A stretch of 34,648 nucleotides of DNA from Candidatus Eiseniibacteriota bacterium (GTDB lineage: Bacteria; Eisenbacteria; RBG-16-71-46): positions 1 through 34,648 of the forward strand of contig JBGPFC010000037.1 in the NCBI GenBank assembly GCA_041483195.1. Reading direction: 5' to 3'. The position numbers and the translations under genes were made by a program. The notes under the pieces were generated by a model. That model was not told the DNA's origin. It did not search any database and worked only from the letters and a program-made list of their open reading frames with translations. Below, in pieces: positions 18,147 to 27,524 of the stretch; position 1 is the stretch's first letter; the number at the start of each line of letters is the position of its first letter.

Positions 18147-19265
18147 ATGCCGGCGCCGGGATCGATCGAAGGGCGGGCGGCGTTCGACTTCATCCGCTAC
18201 GCGAGCGTGTGGGAGGACGCCGACGTGTTGTGCGAGGCGCTGTCCGAGGTGGCGCGCGGCGGGCGGCTGCTCTCGATCGCCTCGGCCGGCGACAACGTCC
18301 TCGCCCTGCTGACGCTCGACCCCGCTCAAGTGGTGGCGGTGGACCTGAGCGCCGCGCAGCTCGCGTGCGTCGCGCTGCGGATCGCGGCGTTCGGCCGGCT
18401 CGATCACCCCGCGCTGCTCGAGTTCCTGGGCGTCCATGGCGAGGACGACGCGAGCGCTCCCGCGCGCCGCATCGAGACCTATCGTCTCCTGCGCGGCGCG
18501 CTTTCCTCCGAGAACATGGAATTCTGGGACGCGCGACCGGAGACGATCGCGAACGGCGTGATCCACGCCGGCAAGTTCGAGAGTTACTTTCACAGCTTCC
18601 GGCGCTGGGTGCTTCCGCTGGTCCACTCGCGCGCGACGGTCGAGGCGCTGCGCACGGCGCGCACCGCGGCCGATCGCGAGCGCTTCTACGAGCGGCGCTG
18701 GAACACGTGGCGCTGGCGCGCGCTGTTCCAGCTGTTCTTCAGCCGCGCGGTGATGGGCCGGCTCGGGCGCGATCCGGAGTTCTTCACCCACGTGGACGGC
18801 CCGGTGGCGACGCGCATCCTCGCGCGCACGCGTTACGCGTTCACGGCGCTGCCGACCGAGAGCAACCCGTATCTCGCCTACACCATGACCGGAAATTTTC
18901 GCGACGGCGCGCTGCCGCGATACCTGAGGCCCGAACACCACGCGGCGATCCGGTCGCGGCTCGGGCGCGTGCGGCTCGAGCGCGGCGGGGTCGAGGCGGC
19001 GCCCGGGCTGTTCGACGGCTTCAACCTGTCGGACGTCTTCGAATACATGAGCCCATCGGAGCACGAGCGCTGCTACGCCGCCCTGCTCGATCACGCCCGT
19101 CCCGGCGCGCGCATCGTGTACTGGAACATGCTCGCCCCGCGGTCGCGCCCGGAGAGCCTGGCCGCGCGCGCGCGGCCGCTCGATGCGCTGGCGGGCGAGC
19201 TGCACGCCCGCGACCGCGCATGGTTCTACCAGCGGCTCCACGTCGACGAGGTGATGCCATCATGA
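18147..19265 (+). CDS. DUF3419 / BtaA-like SAM-dependent (3-amino-3-carboxypropyl) transferase
   Basis: YASVWED, LLSIASAGDNVL, VAVDLSAAQ, GKFE, NPYL, FNLSDVFEYM, DRAWFY. Confidence 0.8.
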   Translation: MPAPGSIEGRAAFDFIRYASVWEDADVLCEALSEVARGGRLLSIASAGDNVLALLTLDPAQVVAVDLSAAQLACVALRIAAFGRLDHPALLEFLGVHGEDDASAPARRIETYRLLRGALSSENMEFWDARPETIANGVIHAGKFESYFHSFRRWVLPLVHSRATVEALRTARTAADRERFYERRWNTWRWRALFQLFFSRAVMGRLGRDPEFFTHVDGPVATRILARTRYAFTALPTESNPYLAYTMTGNFRDGALPRYLRPEHHAAIRSRLGRVRLERGGVEAAPGLFDGFNLSDVFEYMSPSEHERCYAALLDHARPGARIVYWNMLAPRSRPESLAARARPLDALAGELHARDRAWFYQRLHVDEVMPS

Positions 19266-20668
19266 TGGACGCCTCGCGGCTGCTGCCGGCGTGGGGAACT
19301 CCGGCCGGGGAGCTGGCGCGCGCGGCGCTCGTCGCCGCCGGATTTCTCGTGGTGCTCGCGGGGGCCGAGGCGTGGAAGCGCCTCGCGCGGCCCCCGGTCG
19401 AGTGGACGCGCAAGCTCGTCCACGTCTCGGGCGGCGTGGTGAGCGGAACGTTTCCCTGGATGTTCTCCACCCACTGGACGGTGCTGCTGCTCGGCGTCTC
19501 GACCTTCGGAATTCTCGCGCTCGGCAGGCGGCTCGGACTGCTCGGAAGCGTCACCGGGGTCCAGCGCCACTCGGTGGGCGAGCTCCTGTTTCCGGGCAGC
19601 GTCTACGTGCTGTTCCTGGTCGCGCGGCACCAGCCCGTGTTCTACCTGATCGCGCTGTCCGCGCTGGTATTCTCGGACACCGCGGCCGCGCTGCTCGGCA
19701 CCGCCTACGGGCGGCACACCTACACCGTGGATTCCGATCGGAAGAGCCTGGAAGGCTCCGCGGCGTTCTTGCTCGTGACCTTCCTCGGCGTCCACCTGCT
19801 GCTGCTGCTCTGCACCGGGATCGAGCGCACCGCGAGCGTCCTGATCGCGGCTCAGATCGCGCTGCTCGTCACGGCGTTCGAGGCGATCAGCATGAGCGGG
19901 AACGACAACCTGATCGTGCCGCTGATGACCTACTACCTGCTCCTCAAGCTGACGCCCGCGCGCTGGGAGGGGATCGCCTTCCAGCTGATGGTTCAGCTCG
20001 GCCTGCTGCTCGGCATGATCCTGCTCTCGCGCCGCACGGGGTTCTTCACGCTCGCGGGCGCGATCGCGGCCCACCTGACCCTCTACGCAGCATTCAGCCT
20101 GGGCGGGCCGGGATGGACCGTCGCGCCCTTACTCGCGCTCGCGGGGTTCATCGCGTTCCAGAGGGCCTCGCCTCCGAGCGCCGACACCGCGGGTCCGCTC
20201 CACGAAGTGCGCCAGGTGTTCTACGTGAGCATCGTCTCGGTCCTGCTGTTGTTCTTCGACAACAGCTTCGCGACGCTGGTGAAGCCGGGGCACCCGCTCG
20301 GCTCTGGCCATCCGTTCTTCATCCCATTCGTCGCGTCCTTCGCTTCGATGCTCGCGATCGTCGGGTTCCGCGCGCTGCGCCGTCGCCGGGCGCGCGCGGC
20401 GTTCGCCGCGGCGCTCGCCGCGCCGGTCGCGTGGGCCACGGTGGCCCCGATCGCGCTGTGGGCGGGCCCGCCGGGATTCAGGCCGGCCGCGCTGGCGTTC
20501 ACGGCGGCCACCTGCTTCGCGGGCTTCGCGCTCTACCTCGCGGGAAGCCGCCTGCTCCGGCTTCCGCCGGCCGGGGTGTGGGATCTCAGGCTGCAGGCGC
20601 TGTGCGTTGCGGTGGCGGCGGGCCTCGCGCTGCCGTTCACGATCTTCGTCGCGACGAGAATGGACTGA
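19262..20668 (+). CDS. Phytol/dolichol kinase (CTP_transf_1-like) polytopic membrane protein with extra C-terminal TM region
   Basis: TRKLVH, SDTAAALLG..YG, KSLEGSAAF, E.IS..GNDNL.VP; ATGA overlap with upstream gene. Confidence 0.8.
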   Translation: MMDASRLLPAWGTPAGELARAALVAAGFLVVLAGAEAWKRLARPPVEWTRKLVHVSGGVVSGTFPWMFSTHWTVLLLGVSTFGILALGRRLGLLGSVTGVQRHSVGELLFPGSVYVLFLVARHQPVFYLIALSALVFSDTAAALLGTAYGRHTYTVDSDRKSLEGSAAFLLVTFLGVHLLLLLCTGIERTASVLIAAQIALLVTAFEAISMSGNDNLIVPLMTYYLLLKLTPARWEGIAFQLMVQLGLLLGMILLSRRTGFFTLAGAIAAHLTLYAAFSLGGPGWTVAPLLALAGFIAFQRASPPSADTAGPLHEVRQVFYVSIVSVLLLFFDNSFATLVKPGHPLGSGHPFFIPFVASFASMLAIVGFRALRRRRARAAFAAALAAPVAWATVAPIALWAGPPGFRPAALAFTAATCFAGFALYLAGSRLLRLPPAGVWDLRLQALCVAVAAGLALPFTIFVATRMD

Positions 20669-20675
20669 GGCGCAC

Positions 20676-21677
20676 ATGGAGATCGAGCGGTTCGTCTCGG
20701 AGGGCGCGACGCCGCCGGCGTTCGAGGCCGTGCGCGGGATCCCGGCGCTTCCGGTCGAGCCGCTGCCGCGAGGCGTGACGTGTCTCGTCGCCCGCGAAGG
20801 CGGTCGGCCGGTGGCGCGCCTGAGCCTTCATCTTCGCGAGAACCTGAACGGCGCCCCGGGACGATCGGGGCTGATCGGGCACTACGAGGCGTTCAATCGC
20901 GACGTTGGCGCCGCGTTGCTGGAGGAGGCGCGCCGGCAGCTCGCGGACCAGGGCGTGGCGCGCGTGATCGGTCCGATGAACGGCAGCACCTGGGCACGCT
21001 ATCGGCTGGCGCTCCCCTCCGCGCCGGCCGATCCCGCCGGCGAGCCGCCGTTCTTCACGGCCGAGCCCAGCAACCCGTTCGACTATCCCGGGCACTTCGA
21101 GGCCGCCGGGTTCCGAATCGCGGCCCGCTACGAGAGCCGGATCGACGACCTCGCGGCGGACGCTCCCGATGCCGGCGAGGTGAGCGCGCGCGTGGCGGCG
21201 GGCGGCTTCTCGTTGCGGCCGCTCGACGTCGATCGCTTCGACGCAGAGCTCGCGACGCTCTTCGCGTTGAGCATCGAGTCGTTCTCCGAGAACCTCTACT
21301 ACTCGCCGATCGACGAGGCCGCGTTCCGGGCCATGTATCAGCCCCTGCGCTCGCGCATGGATCCCGAGTTCGTGCTGATCGCGCTCGACGGCGCGGCGCG
21401 GCCGTGCGGCTACCTGTTCGCCTTCGCCGACCCGCTCGGCGTGCGCGATGGCCGTCCGGTGCGCCTGATCGCCAAGACCGTCGCGGTCTCGCCCCGGGCG
21501 CGCGGCCACGGCGTGGCGAACCACATGCACGACCGCATGCGCAGCGCCGCGCGCGACCGTGGGTGCCGCGATGTGATCCACGCGCTCATGCACGTCTCGA
21601 ACGTCTCGACGATCATGTCGGCCCGCTACGACAGCCGGGTGTATCGTCGTTACGCGCTCTGGGAGTGGACGCCGTGA
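20676..21677 (+). CDS. Tandem-GNAT N-acyltransferase-like protein
   Basis: GHYEA, GPMNGSTW.RYR, EP.NP..YP; second GNAT KTVAVSPRARGHGVA; GAGG RBS. Confidence 0.75.
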   Translation: MEIERFVSEGATPPAFEAVRGIPALPVEPLPRGVTCLVAREGGRPVARLSLHLRENLNGAPGRSGLIGHYEAFNRDVGAALLEEARRQLADQGVARVIGPMNGSTWARYRLALPSAPADPAGEPPFFTAEPSNPFDYPGHFEAAGFRIAARYESRIDDLAADAPDAGEVSARVAAGGFSLRPLDVDRFDAELATLFALSIESFSENLYYSPIDEAAFRAMYQPLRSRMDPEFVLIALDGAARPCGYLFAFADPLGVRDGRPVRLIAKTVAVSPRARGHGVANHMHDRMRSAARDRGCRDVIHALMHVSNVSTIMSARYDSRVYRRYALWEWTP

Positions 21678-23296
21678 CTCAAGTCGAGGCTTCGAGCCGG
21701 GCCGACGCCGTCATCAATCCCAACCTCGCCGCCCGCATGATCGCGCGCGCCGCACGGTATCCCGAGCGCGCCGCGATCGTCGAATATCGTTCCGGCCGCG
21801 TGCGGCGGCTGACGTTCGGCGCGCTGGCTCGCGACGTGGCCGCGGTGGCCGCCGGGCTCGAGGCCCGCGGTATCTCTCCAGGCGACGACGTGTTGCTCTT
21901 CGTTCCCATGTCGATCGAGCTCTACGTGGTGCTGCTCGCACTCTACCATCTCGGAGCATGCGCGGTGTTCGTGGATGCCTGGGCCGGCCGCACGCGGCTC
22001 GATCAAGCCGTTCGTGCCGCGCGCCCGCGCGCCTTCATCGGCTCTCCGCGCGCCCACCTGCTCCGGCTCGCGAGCCCCGCGATGCGGGCGATCCCGCGCG
22101 CGATCGTGGTCGGCGGCGCCTGGCCGCTCGCGCGGCTCGCACGAGGGGACCCCGCGAGGGCGGCCGCCCCGGTCTCTGTGGAATCGCCGGCGCTCGTCAC
22201 GTTCACGACCGGCAGCACCGGGGCACCCAAGGCCGCGGTGCGAAGCCATGGCTTCCTGTGGGCCCAGCATCTGGCGCTTCAGGATCATCTGCGGCTCCGG
22301 GAGGATGACGTGGACCTTCCGACGCTTCCGGTGTTCGTGCTCAACAATCTCGCGGTCGGGTGCACGACGGTCATACCCGATTTCGATCCCCGTCACCCCG
22401 CGGACATCCGGCCCGCGGCGATCCATCGCCAGATGACCGCCGAGCGCGTGACCACGACCGGTGGCTCGCCGGCTTTCTACGAGAAGCTCGCGACGTGGTG
22501 CCGCGAGCGGCACCAGCGTCTCGAGGTTCGCGCGCTGTTCACCGGCGGTGCCCCGGTGCTGCCCCCGCTCGCGCGTCTGCTGACCGAGACCGTGACCGGC
22601 GAGGTGAACGTGGTGTACGGCAGCACCGAGGCGGAACCGATCTCCGGGATCGATGCGCGCGCGATGCTGGCCGGCATGGAACGAGGCGGCGATGGCTTGT
22701 GCGTGGGGTCGCCGGTCGATCGCATCCGCGTGCGCCTGATCCGCCCCTTCGACGCCCCGATCGCGCTCGGTCCCGAGGGATGGCGCGAGTGGGACGTGGC
22801 CGCCGGCGAGGTCGGGGAAATCGCGGTGAGCGGGGATCACGTGCTGAAGGGATATCTCGGCGACCCGGAGGCTGAGCGCGCGAACAAGATCCGCGACGGC
22901 GCGTGCGTGTGGCACCGCACCGGCGACGCCGGGCGGCTCGATGCCGAGGGGCGGCTGTGGCTCATGGGCCGCGTGAGCCGAAGGGTGCTGCGCGATGGCG
23001 CGACGTGGTGGGGGATCCCCGCCGAGATGCGCGCGCTCGGCGTCGAAGGCGTGCGACACGCGGCCTACCTCGGGCGCCCCGACGCGAAGCTCGGCCAGCG
23101 CGCGACGCTGTGCGTCGAGACCGGAGGCGATCGCATCGACCTCGCGCTGCGCGAGCGGCTGATCGCGGCGGTGGCGCCGCACCCGGTCGACGAGCTGCAT
23201 GCCTTCGCCCATCTCCCCCGCGACCCGCGGCATCAGTCGAAGACCGATGCCGGCGCGCTGATTCACGCGCTCGAGCGAAGAGAGGGAAGCGATTGA
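21674..23296 (+). CDS. AMP-binding adenylate-forming enzyme (OleC-like)
   Basis: TFTTGSTGAPK, YGSTEAEP, GEI.V.G.HV...Y, WHRTGDAG, LW.MGR, PRDPRHQSK; GTGA overlap. Confidence 0.85.
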   Translation: MTQVEASSRADAVINPNLAARMIARAARYPERAAIVEYRSGRVRRLTFGALARDVAAVAAGLEARGISPGDDVLLFVPMSIELYVVLLALYHLGACAVFVDAWAGRTRLDQAVRAARPRAFIGSPRAHLLRLASPAMRAIPRAIVVGGAWPLARLARGDPARAAAPVSVESPALVTFTTGSTGAPKAAVRSHGFLWAQHLALQDHLRLREDDVDLPTLPVFVLNNLAVGCTTVIPDFDPRHPADIRPAAIHRQMTAERVTTTGGSPAFYEKLATWCRERHQRLEVRALFTGGAPVLPPLARLLTETVTGEVNVVYGSTEAEPISGIDARAMLAGMERGGDGLCVGSPVDRIRVRLIRPFDAPIALGPEGWREWDVAAGEVGEIAVSGDHVLKGYLGDPEAERANKIRDGACVWHRTGDAGRLDAEGRLWLMGRVSRRVLRDGATWWGIPAEMRALGVEGVRHAAYLGRPDAKLGQRATLCVETGGDRIDLALRERLIAAVAPHPVDELHAFAHLPRDPRHQSKTDAGALIHALERREGSD

Positions 23297-24282
23297 GCAC
23301 GAATCGGTGGAGCTTCGGCGTCGCGGCGCTCACCGCGACCATCACGCTCGTCGGCTGCGCGCGATCCTCGGGTCACTCGTCGTCCGGCGGCTCGGCGACC
23401 AGCGGCCCCGCGCTCCTCGCGCGAGGAAGCGCCGCCGACGCGTTCGCGCCAGATGACACCGTCCGGCGCGGGCCCTACCGCGGAAGTCGATTCGATACCA
23501 GGGAGCAGCGCAGCGTGCGCCTCCTCACACGCGAGGAGGTCGTCGCGCAGGGGCTCGCTCCGGCTCCTGGACGCATCGTGGTCGCCAACGTCCGCCATGC
23601 CGAACGCTACTGGATCGCCGAGATCGCGCCGGAGTCGGTCAGCGACGTGATCGTCCAGCTCGAGAACTTCCCCGCCGTGGTGCCGGCGGCACACTGCGAG
23701 CTTCGCTTCCGCTTCGCCCCCGGTGCGATGCCGCTCCTCACGAACCAGGCGCCCGCGGCGGGACGCGACAGCCTGCACCTCTCCGATCTCGTCTATTCGG
23801 TCGAGGCGGTGCCGGTCGTGGGGGGTGACTCATACGACCTGTGGCGTGGTCTGTGGGATCACTACGGCAATGCCTACCGCCTGTGCTCGCTCGACGACCG
23901 CTACGAGCGAATGGTGGTGCGCTCGGGGCATCACGTCGAGCAGCTCCGGCTCGAGCTCTCGGCGGATCAGCGGCGGCGAGTGCTCGAGGCGGCGCTCCGG
24001 CGCGGCGATCACGCCCAGATGCAGCTGATGTACAACACGCTCACGCGGAACTGCTCGACCGAGGCCTATCGCGCACTGGATGACGCCGTGCACTACGATG
24101 TGGGTCATTCGTTCCTCAAGTTCGTCGCGTCGCCGCTCGAGGCCCTTCCGACCCAGGCGAAGACCGTGCTCGGCGCCCGTGGCCTGCTCGGCGCCGGGAG
24201 CGAGCTTCCCGAACTCGCTCGCGAGCGCGGCGCGGCAGCGGGCGGGCGAACCGACACGTCCGGGGCCGCGCGCCCGCGGTGA
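23293..24282 (+). CDS. Lipoprotein with DUF4105/Lnb-like permuted papain-type His...Cys motifs
   Basis: TTG start overlapping upstream stop (TTGA) with purine-rich RBS; lipobox LVG-C; AAHCELRFRF, YSVEA, YNTLTRNCST. Confidence 0.6.
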   Translation: MSTNRWSFGVAALTATITLVGCARSSGHSSSGGSATSGPALLARGSAADAFAPDDTVRRGPYRGSRFDTREQRSVRLLTREEVVAQGLAPAPGRIVVANVRHAERYWIAEIAPESVSDVIVQLENFPAVVPAAHCELRFRFAPGAMPLLTNQAPAAGRDSLHLSDLVYSVEAVPVVGGDSYDLWRGLWDHYGNAYRLCSLDDRYERMVVRSGHHVEQLRLELSADQRRRVLEAALRRGDHAQMQLMYNTLTRNCSTEAYRALDDAVHYDVGHSFLKFVASPLEALPTQAKTVLGARGLLGAGSELPELARERGAAAGGRTDTSGAARPR

Positions 24283-24305
24283 GATCCGACCTTCACGAGG
24301 CCCCG

Positions 24306-27300
24306 ATGCCGCGCCGGCCCTACCCGATCCTGGTGACGATCCTCGCGCTGACCGCGCTCTCCCTCGCGCCGGCAGGCGTCACGGCCGCCGCCGCGCCGGA
24401 CACGCTGCTTGCCGGTCTGCTCGCGCGGGCCGGCGACCTCCAGTCCGCCCGCGGGTGGGCCGCCTCCGACAGCGTCGCCGCCCTCGCGTTCGATCGCGCG
24501 GAACAGCGCCATCCGCCGGATTCGACGGCGATGGCGCTCGCGCTCTTCTACCGCGGCAACTCGCGGTACTGGCGCGCCCTGTTCAGCGACACGGTGGGTA
24601 CGACCTATCTCGCGCGCAGCATTCGCATTCAGCGGCGCCTCGCGCACCCGGACACCGGCCGCTGGGTCGCGACCGTGGATCTGTTCGGGCGCCTGCTCAC
24701 CGACGGCGACCACCCGGACTCCGCGCTCGTCGTGCTCGCCACCGGGCGGGCGCTGTGCCGCCCGCCGGGCGCGGGCGCTGACTCGATGCTCGCCGCGCTC
24801 TGGATCACCACGGGGCGCGCCTATCGCCGCGCGGATCGCTACGACGAGGCGATCGCGGCGTACGACTCGGCGCGCATGCTGCGGGAGCGGCGCTTCGGAC
24901 CCGAGCACGCTTCGGTGGCGGAAGCGCTGGCGGAGATCGGGGCGATCTACGGCCGCTCGAATCGGCTCGAAGCGGCGAGCGTCGCCCTCGAACGTGCGCT
25001 GGCGATCCTCGAGCGCACGCTGGGACCCGAGAGCGCCTCCCTCGCCGCCCCGCTCGCCGAGCTCGCCAACGTCCAGAATCATGCTGGCGAGATCGCGCGG
25101 TCGATCGAGACGCTGGAACGTGACATCGCGATCCTCTCCAAGGCGAACGGGCCGAATTCGCCGCGGATGATCCCGCCGCTCTACAACATCGGGCTCCGCC
25201 TGTTCGACTTCGGCGACTTCCCGGGGGCCTATGCGGCGTTCGCGCCGCTGGTGGCGCGCGCCGAGGCCAGCTTCGGCGCCGGCAATGGCCGCACCGAGAA
25301 CATCCGATTCATGGCCGGGGCCAGCGCGATGATGATGGGCGACACGACCGCCGCCGCCCCGCACCTGACCCGCGCGCGGGCGGAGCTGGCGGGAAAGCCG
25401 CTCGACACGAACCACATCGCGAACCAGATCGAGCGCTTCTACTCCATGCTGCTCGAGCGTCGCGGCGATCTCGCCGGAGCGAGACGCGTGCTGGACGAGG
25501 GCCTGGCTCGCGAGCGTGCCACGGGTCAGCCGATCGAGGATGTTCTGATCCAGCTCCTCGACAGTCAGGCCTCGGTCGAGATGGCGAGCTTCGACACGCT
25601 CGGCCTCGATCGCACGCTGCAGGAAATGGAGACGCGCTTCGGGGACCCGTCGAAGGCGGAGGGAGTGTTCTACGCGGAGTATCTGCAGTCGCGGGCGCGG
25701 GCGGAGTGCTGGCGCGGGCGGGCCGAGCTCGCCTCGGTGGACGCGCTGCTCGGCGAGGAGATCGATCGCGAGCGGCTGCTGCGCAACGTGCGAGCGCTCC
25801 CCGACCAGCGAGCCCTTCAGCTCGCGAGTGAGCTGGGCGGTCCACTCGACCTGGTGCTATCGCTCTCGGGAGGCGGGGGCGAGCCGGCGATCGCCGCGGC
25901 GTGGGATCGCCTGGTGCGCTGGCGCGGCCTGGTGACTGCGGAGCTGGCGCGGCGCCGCGCGCCCCACGAGGCGAGCGCTGACACGGCGCTCGCTGGCGCG
26001 CATGCCCGCTGGGTGCGGATGGCTCGCCGCGCCGCACAGCTCGAGGTCGCGGAATCGGGCGGAGACCCGGGGTCGGCGCTCGCGCTCAGCCGCGCCGAGG
26101 CCGAAGCGGCGGAACGCCGCTACGCCGCGCTGGCCGCCGCGCGTGGCATCGCGCGCGACACGACGCCGGTGGATCTCCCGCGAATTCGCGCGGCACTCTC
26201 GCCCGATCAAGCGCTGGTCTCGTTGGTCACGGTCGCCGCGCGCACCGACACCGCCCGCTTCATCGGCTTCGTGACCCGCGGGCCGGGCGGAGCCCTGCAT
26301 CGAGTCGATCTCGGTCCCGCACGCGAGCTGCTCGCACACCTCGCGGCCTGGCGCGCGGCACTCGAGGTTCCGCCCGCACGCGGGCACGAGCGCAAGGCGG
26401 AGCGCGACTGCCGGAGACTGGGCGCCGACGTGCGCGCGCGCACCTGGGACCGTCTCGCCCCGCTCACCGCCGGCGCGCGCGGCGTCGTGCTGGTCGCCGA
26501 CGGCGCGCTGGCCGACCTGCCGTGGCAGGCGTTGCCGATCGGAGCGAATCGATACCTGGTGGAGGAGGGTCCCGAGCTCGAGAACCCGGGGGCCGAGCGC
26601 GAGCTGCTCGCGCAGCGCGCTCGCGCGGGTCGCGGCCTGCTCGCGATCGGCGATCCGGAGTTCGGCCGCGCGGAGGCGAGCACCGACACGGCGCGCTCGT
26701 TCGCGGCCGGCGACTGTCGCGGGGCGCCGGCGATCGCGCTCGCGCAACTGCCGGGAGCCCGCGCCGAAGTGGACGAGATCGCGCGCGAGTGGAACGCGGA
26801 CCACCCGGGCGCCCCCGCCACGCTGCTCGTCGGCGCCGCGGGATCGGAGCGCGCGTTCAAGGCGGATGCGCCGGGACGCGAGGTGCTGCACATCGCGACC
26901 CATGGAATCCTGTGGGGCGATCGCTGCGCGCCGGTTTACGCGGGGCTGCGAGGCGTGGGCGGCATGGTTCCGCTCAAGCCCGCGACAAAGTCGAAGCGAC
27001 CCGCATCGTCGCGACCGCCCCCCGCGAGCGCCGCGGCGCCATCGCCCGCCGCGCCTCCCGCCTCGCCGTGGAGCGGCCGGCGCGTGTGGCTGGCGCTGGC
27101 CGGCGCGAACCGCGCGCGTGCCGGCGCCGCCGATGAGAACGAGGGCCTGCTCACCGCCGACGAAGTGGTGACGCTCGACCTGTCGGACGTGGACTGGGTC
27201 GTGCTCTCGGCATGTCAATCGGGCGTCGGGCAACAGTGGCCGCTCGAGGGCTCGATCGGCATGCGACGCGCGTTCCAGCTGGCGGGGGCGCGCGCGGTGA

Positions 27301-27497
27301 TCGCCAGCCAGTGGTCGATCGCGGACGAGGCGACGCGCGAGTGGATGCGCGCGCTCTACATGGCCCGGGCCGGCAGCGCCACCTCCGCTTCCGCCGCGAT
27401 GCGCGAGGCCAGCCGCAGCGTGCTCGAGTCCCGCCGCCGCGATGGCCGCGATACCCACCCGTTCTACTGGGCCGCCTTCACCGCCACCGGGCGGTGA
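24306..27497 (+). CDS. Secreted TPR-CHAT domain caspase-like protease
   Basis: Signal peptide; kinesin-light-chain-type TPRs (RERRFGPEH); CHAT motifs ADGALADLPW, LPGARAE, LHIATHG, VVLSACQSG, AGA..VIASQWSI.D, HPFYWAAF. Alternative GTG start at 24279. Confidence 0.9.
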   Translation: MPRRPYPILVTILALTALSLAPAGVTAAAAPDTLLAGLLARAGDLQSARGWAASDSVAALAFDRAEQRHPPDSTAMALALFYRGNSRYWRALFSDTVGTTYLARSIRIQRRLAHPDTGRWVATVDLFGRLLTDGDHPDSALVVLATGRALCRPPGAGADSMLAALWITTGRAYRRADRYDEAIAAYDSARMLRERRFGPEHASVAEALAEIGAIYGRSNRLEAASVALERALAILERTLGPESASLAAPLAELANVQNHAGEIARSIETLERDIAILSKANGPNSPRMIPPLYNIGLRLFDFGDFPGAYAAFAPLVARAEASFGAGNGRTENIRFMAGASAMMMGDTTAAAPHLTRARAELAGKPLDTNHIANQIERFYSMLLERRGDLAGARRVLDEGLARERATGQPIEDVLIQLLDSQASVEMASFDTLGLDRTLQEMETRFGDPSKAEGVFYAEYLQSRARAECWRGRAELASVDALLGEEIDRERLLRNVRALPDQRALQLASELGGPLDLVLSLSGGGGEPAIAAAWDRLVRWRGLVTAELARRRAPHEASADTALAGAHARWVRMARRAAQLEVAESGGDPGSALALSRAEAEAAERRYAALAAARGIARDTTPVDLPRIRAALSPDQALVSLVTVAARTDTARFIGFVTRGPGGALHRVDLGPARELLAHLAAWRAALEVPPARGHERKAERDCRRLGADVRARTWDRLAPLTAGARGVVLVADGALADLPWQALPIGANRYLVEEGPELENPGAERELLAQRARAGRGLLAIGDPEFGRAEASTDTARSFAAGDCRGAPAIALAQLPGARAEVDEIAREWNADHPGAPATLLVGAAGSERAFKADAPGREVLHIATHGILWGDRCAPVYAGLRGVGGMVPLKPATKSKRPASSRPPPASAAAPSPAAPPASPWSGRRVWLALAGANRARAGAADENEGLLTADEVVTLDLSDVDWVVLSACQSGVGQQWPLEGSIGMRRAFQLAGARAVIASQWSIADEATREWMRALYMARAGSATSASAAMREASRSVLESRRRDGRDTHPFYWAAFTATGR

Positions 27498-27511
27498 GCC
27501 GCGCCAGCGGT

Positions 27512-27517
27512 TATTCT
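27512..27517 (+). promoter_or_regulatory. Putative -10 element (TATTCT), leaderless-type start of sigma gene
   Basis: TAnnnT 7 nt before ATG 27525. Confidence 0.45.
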
Positions 27518-27524
27518 GGGCCGC

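Noticed and set aside
13148..23296. Canonical mevalonate, DGTS or olefin (ole) pathway
   Set aside because: Required partner genes are absent from the cluster.
24306..27497. CHAT protease as part of an anti-phage system (Craspase/gasdermin type)
   Set aside because: No cas, gasdermin or other defence effector nearby; the protein has a signal peptide and is linked to sigma/kinase genes.
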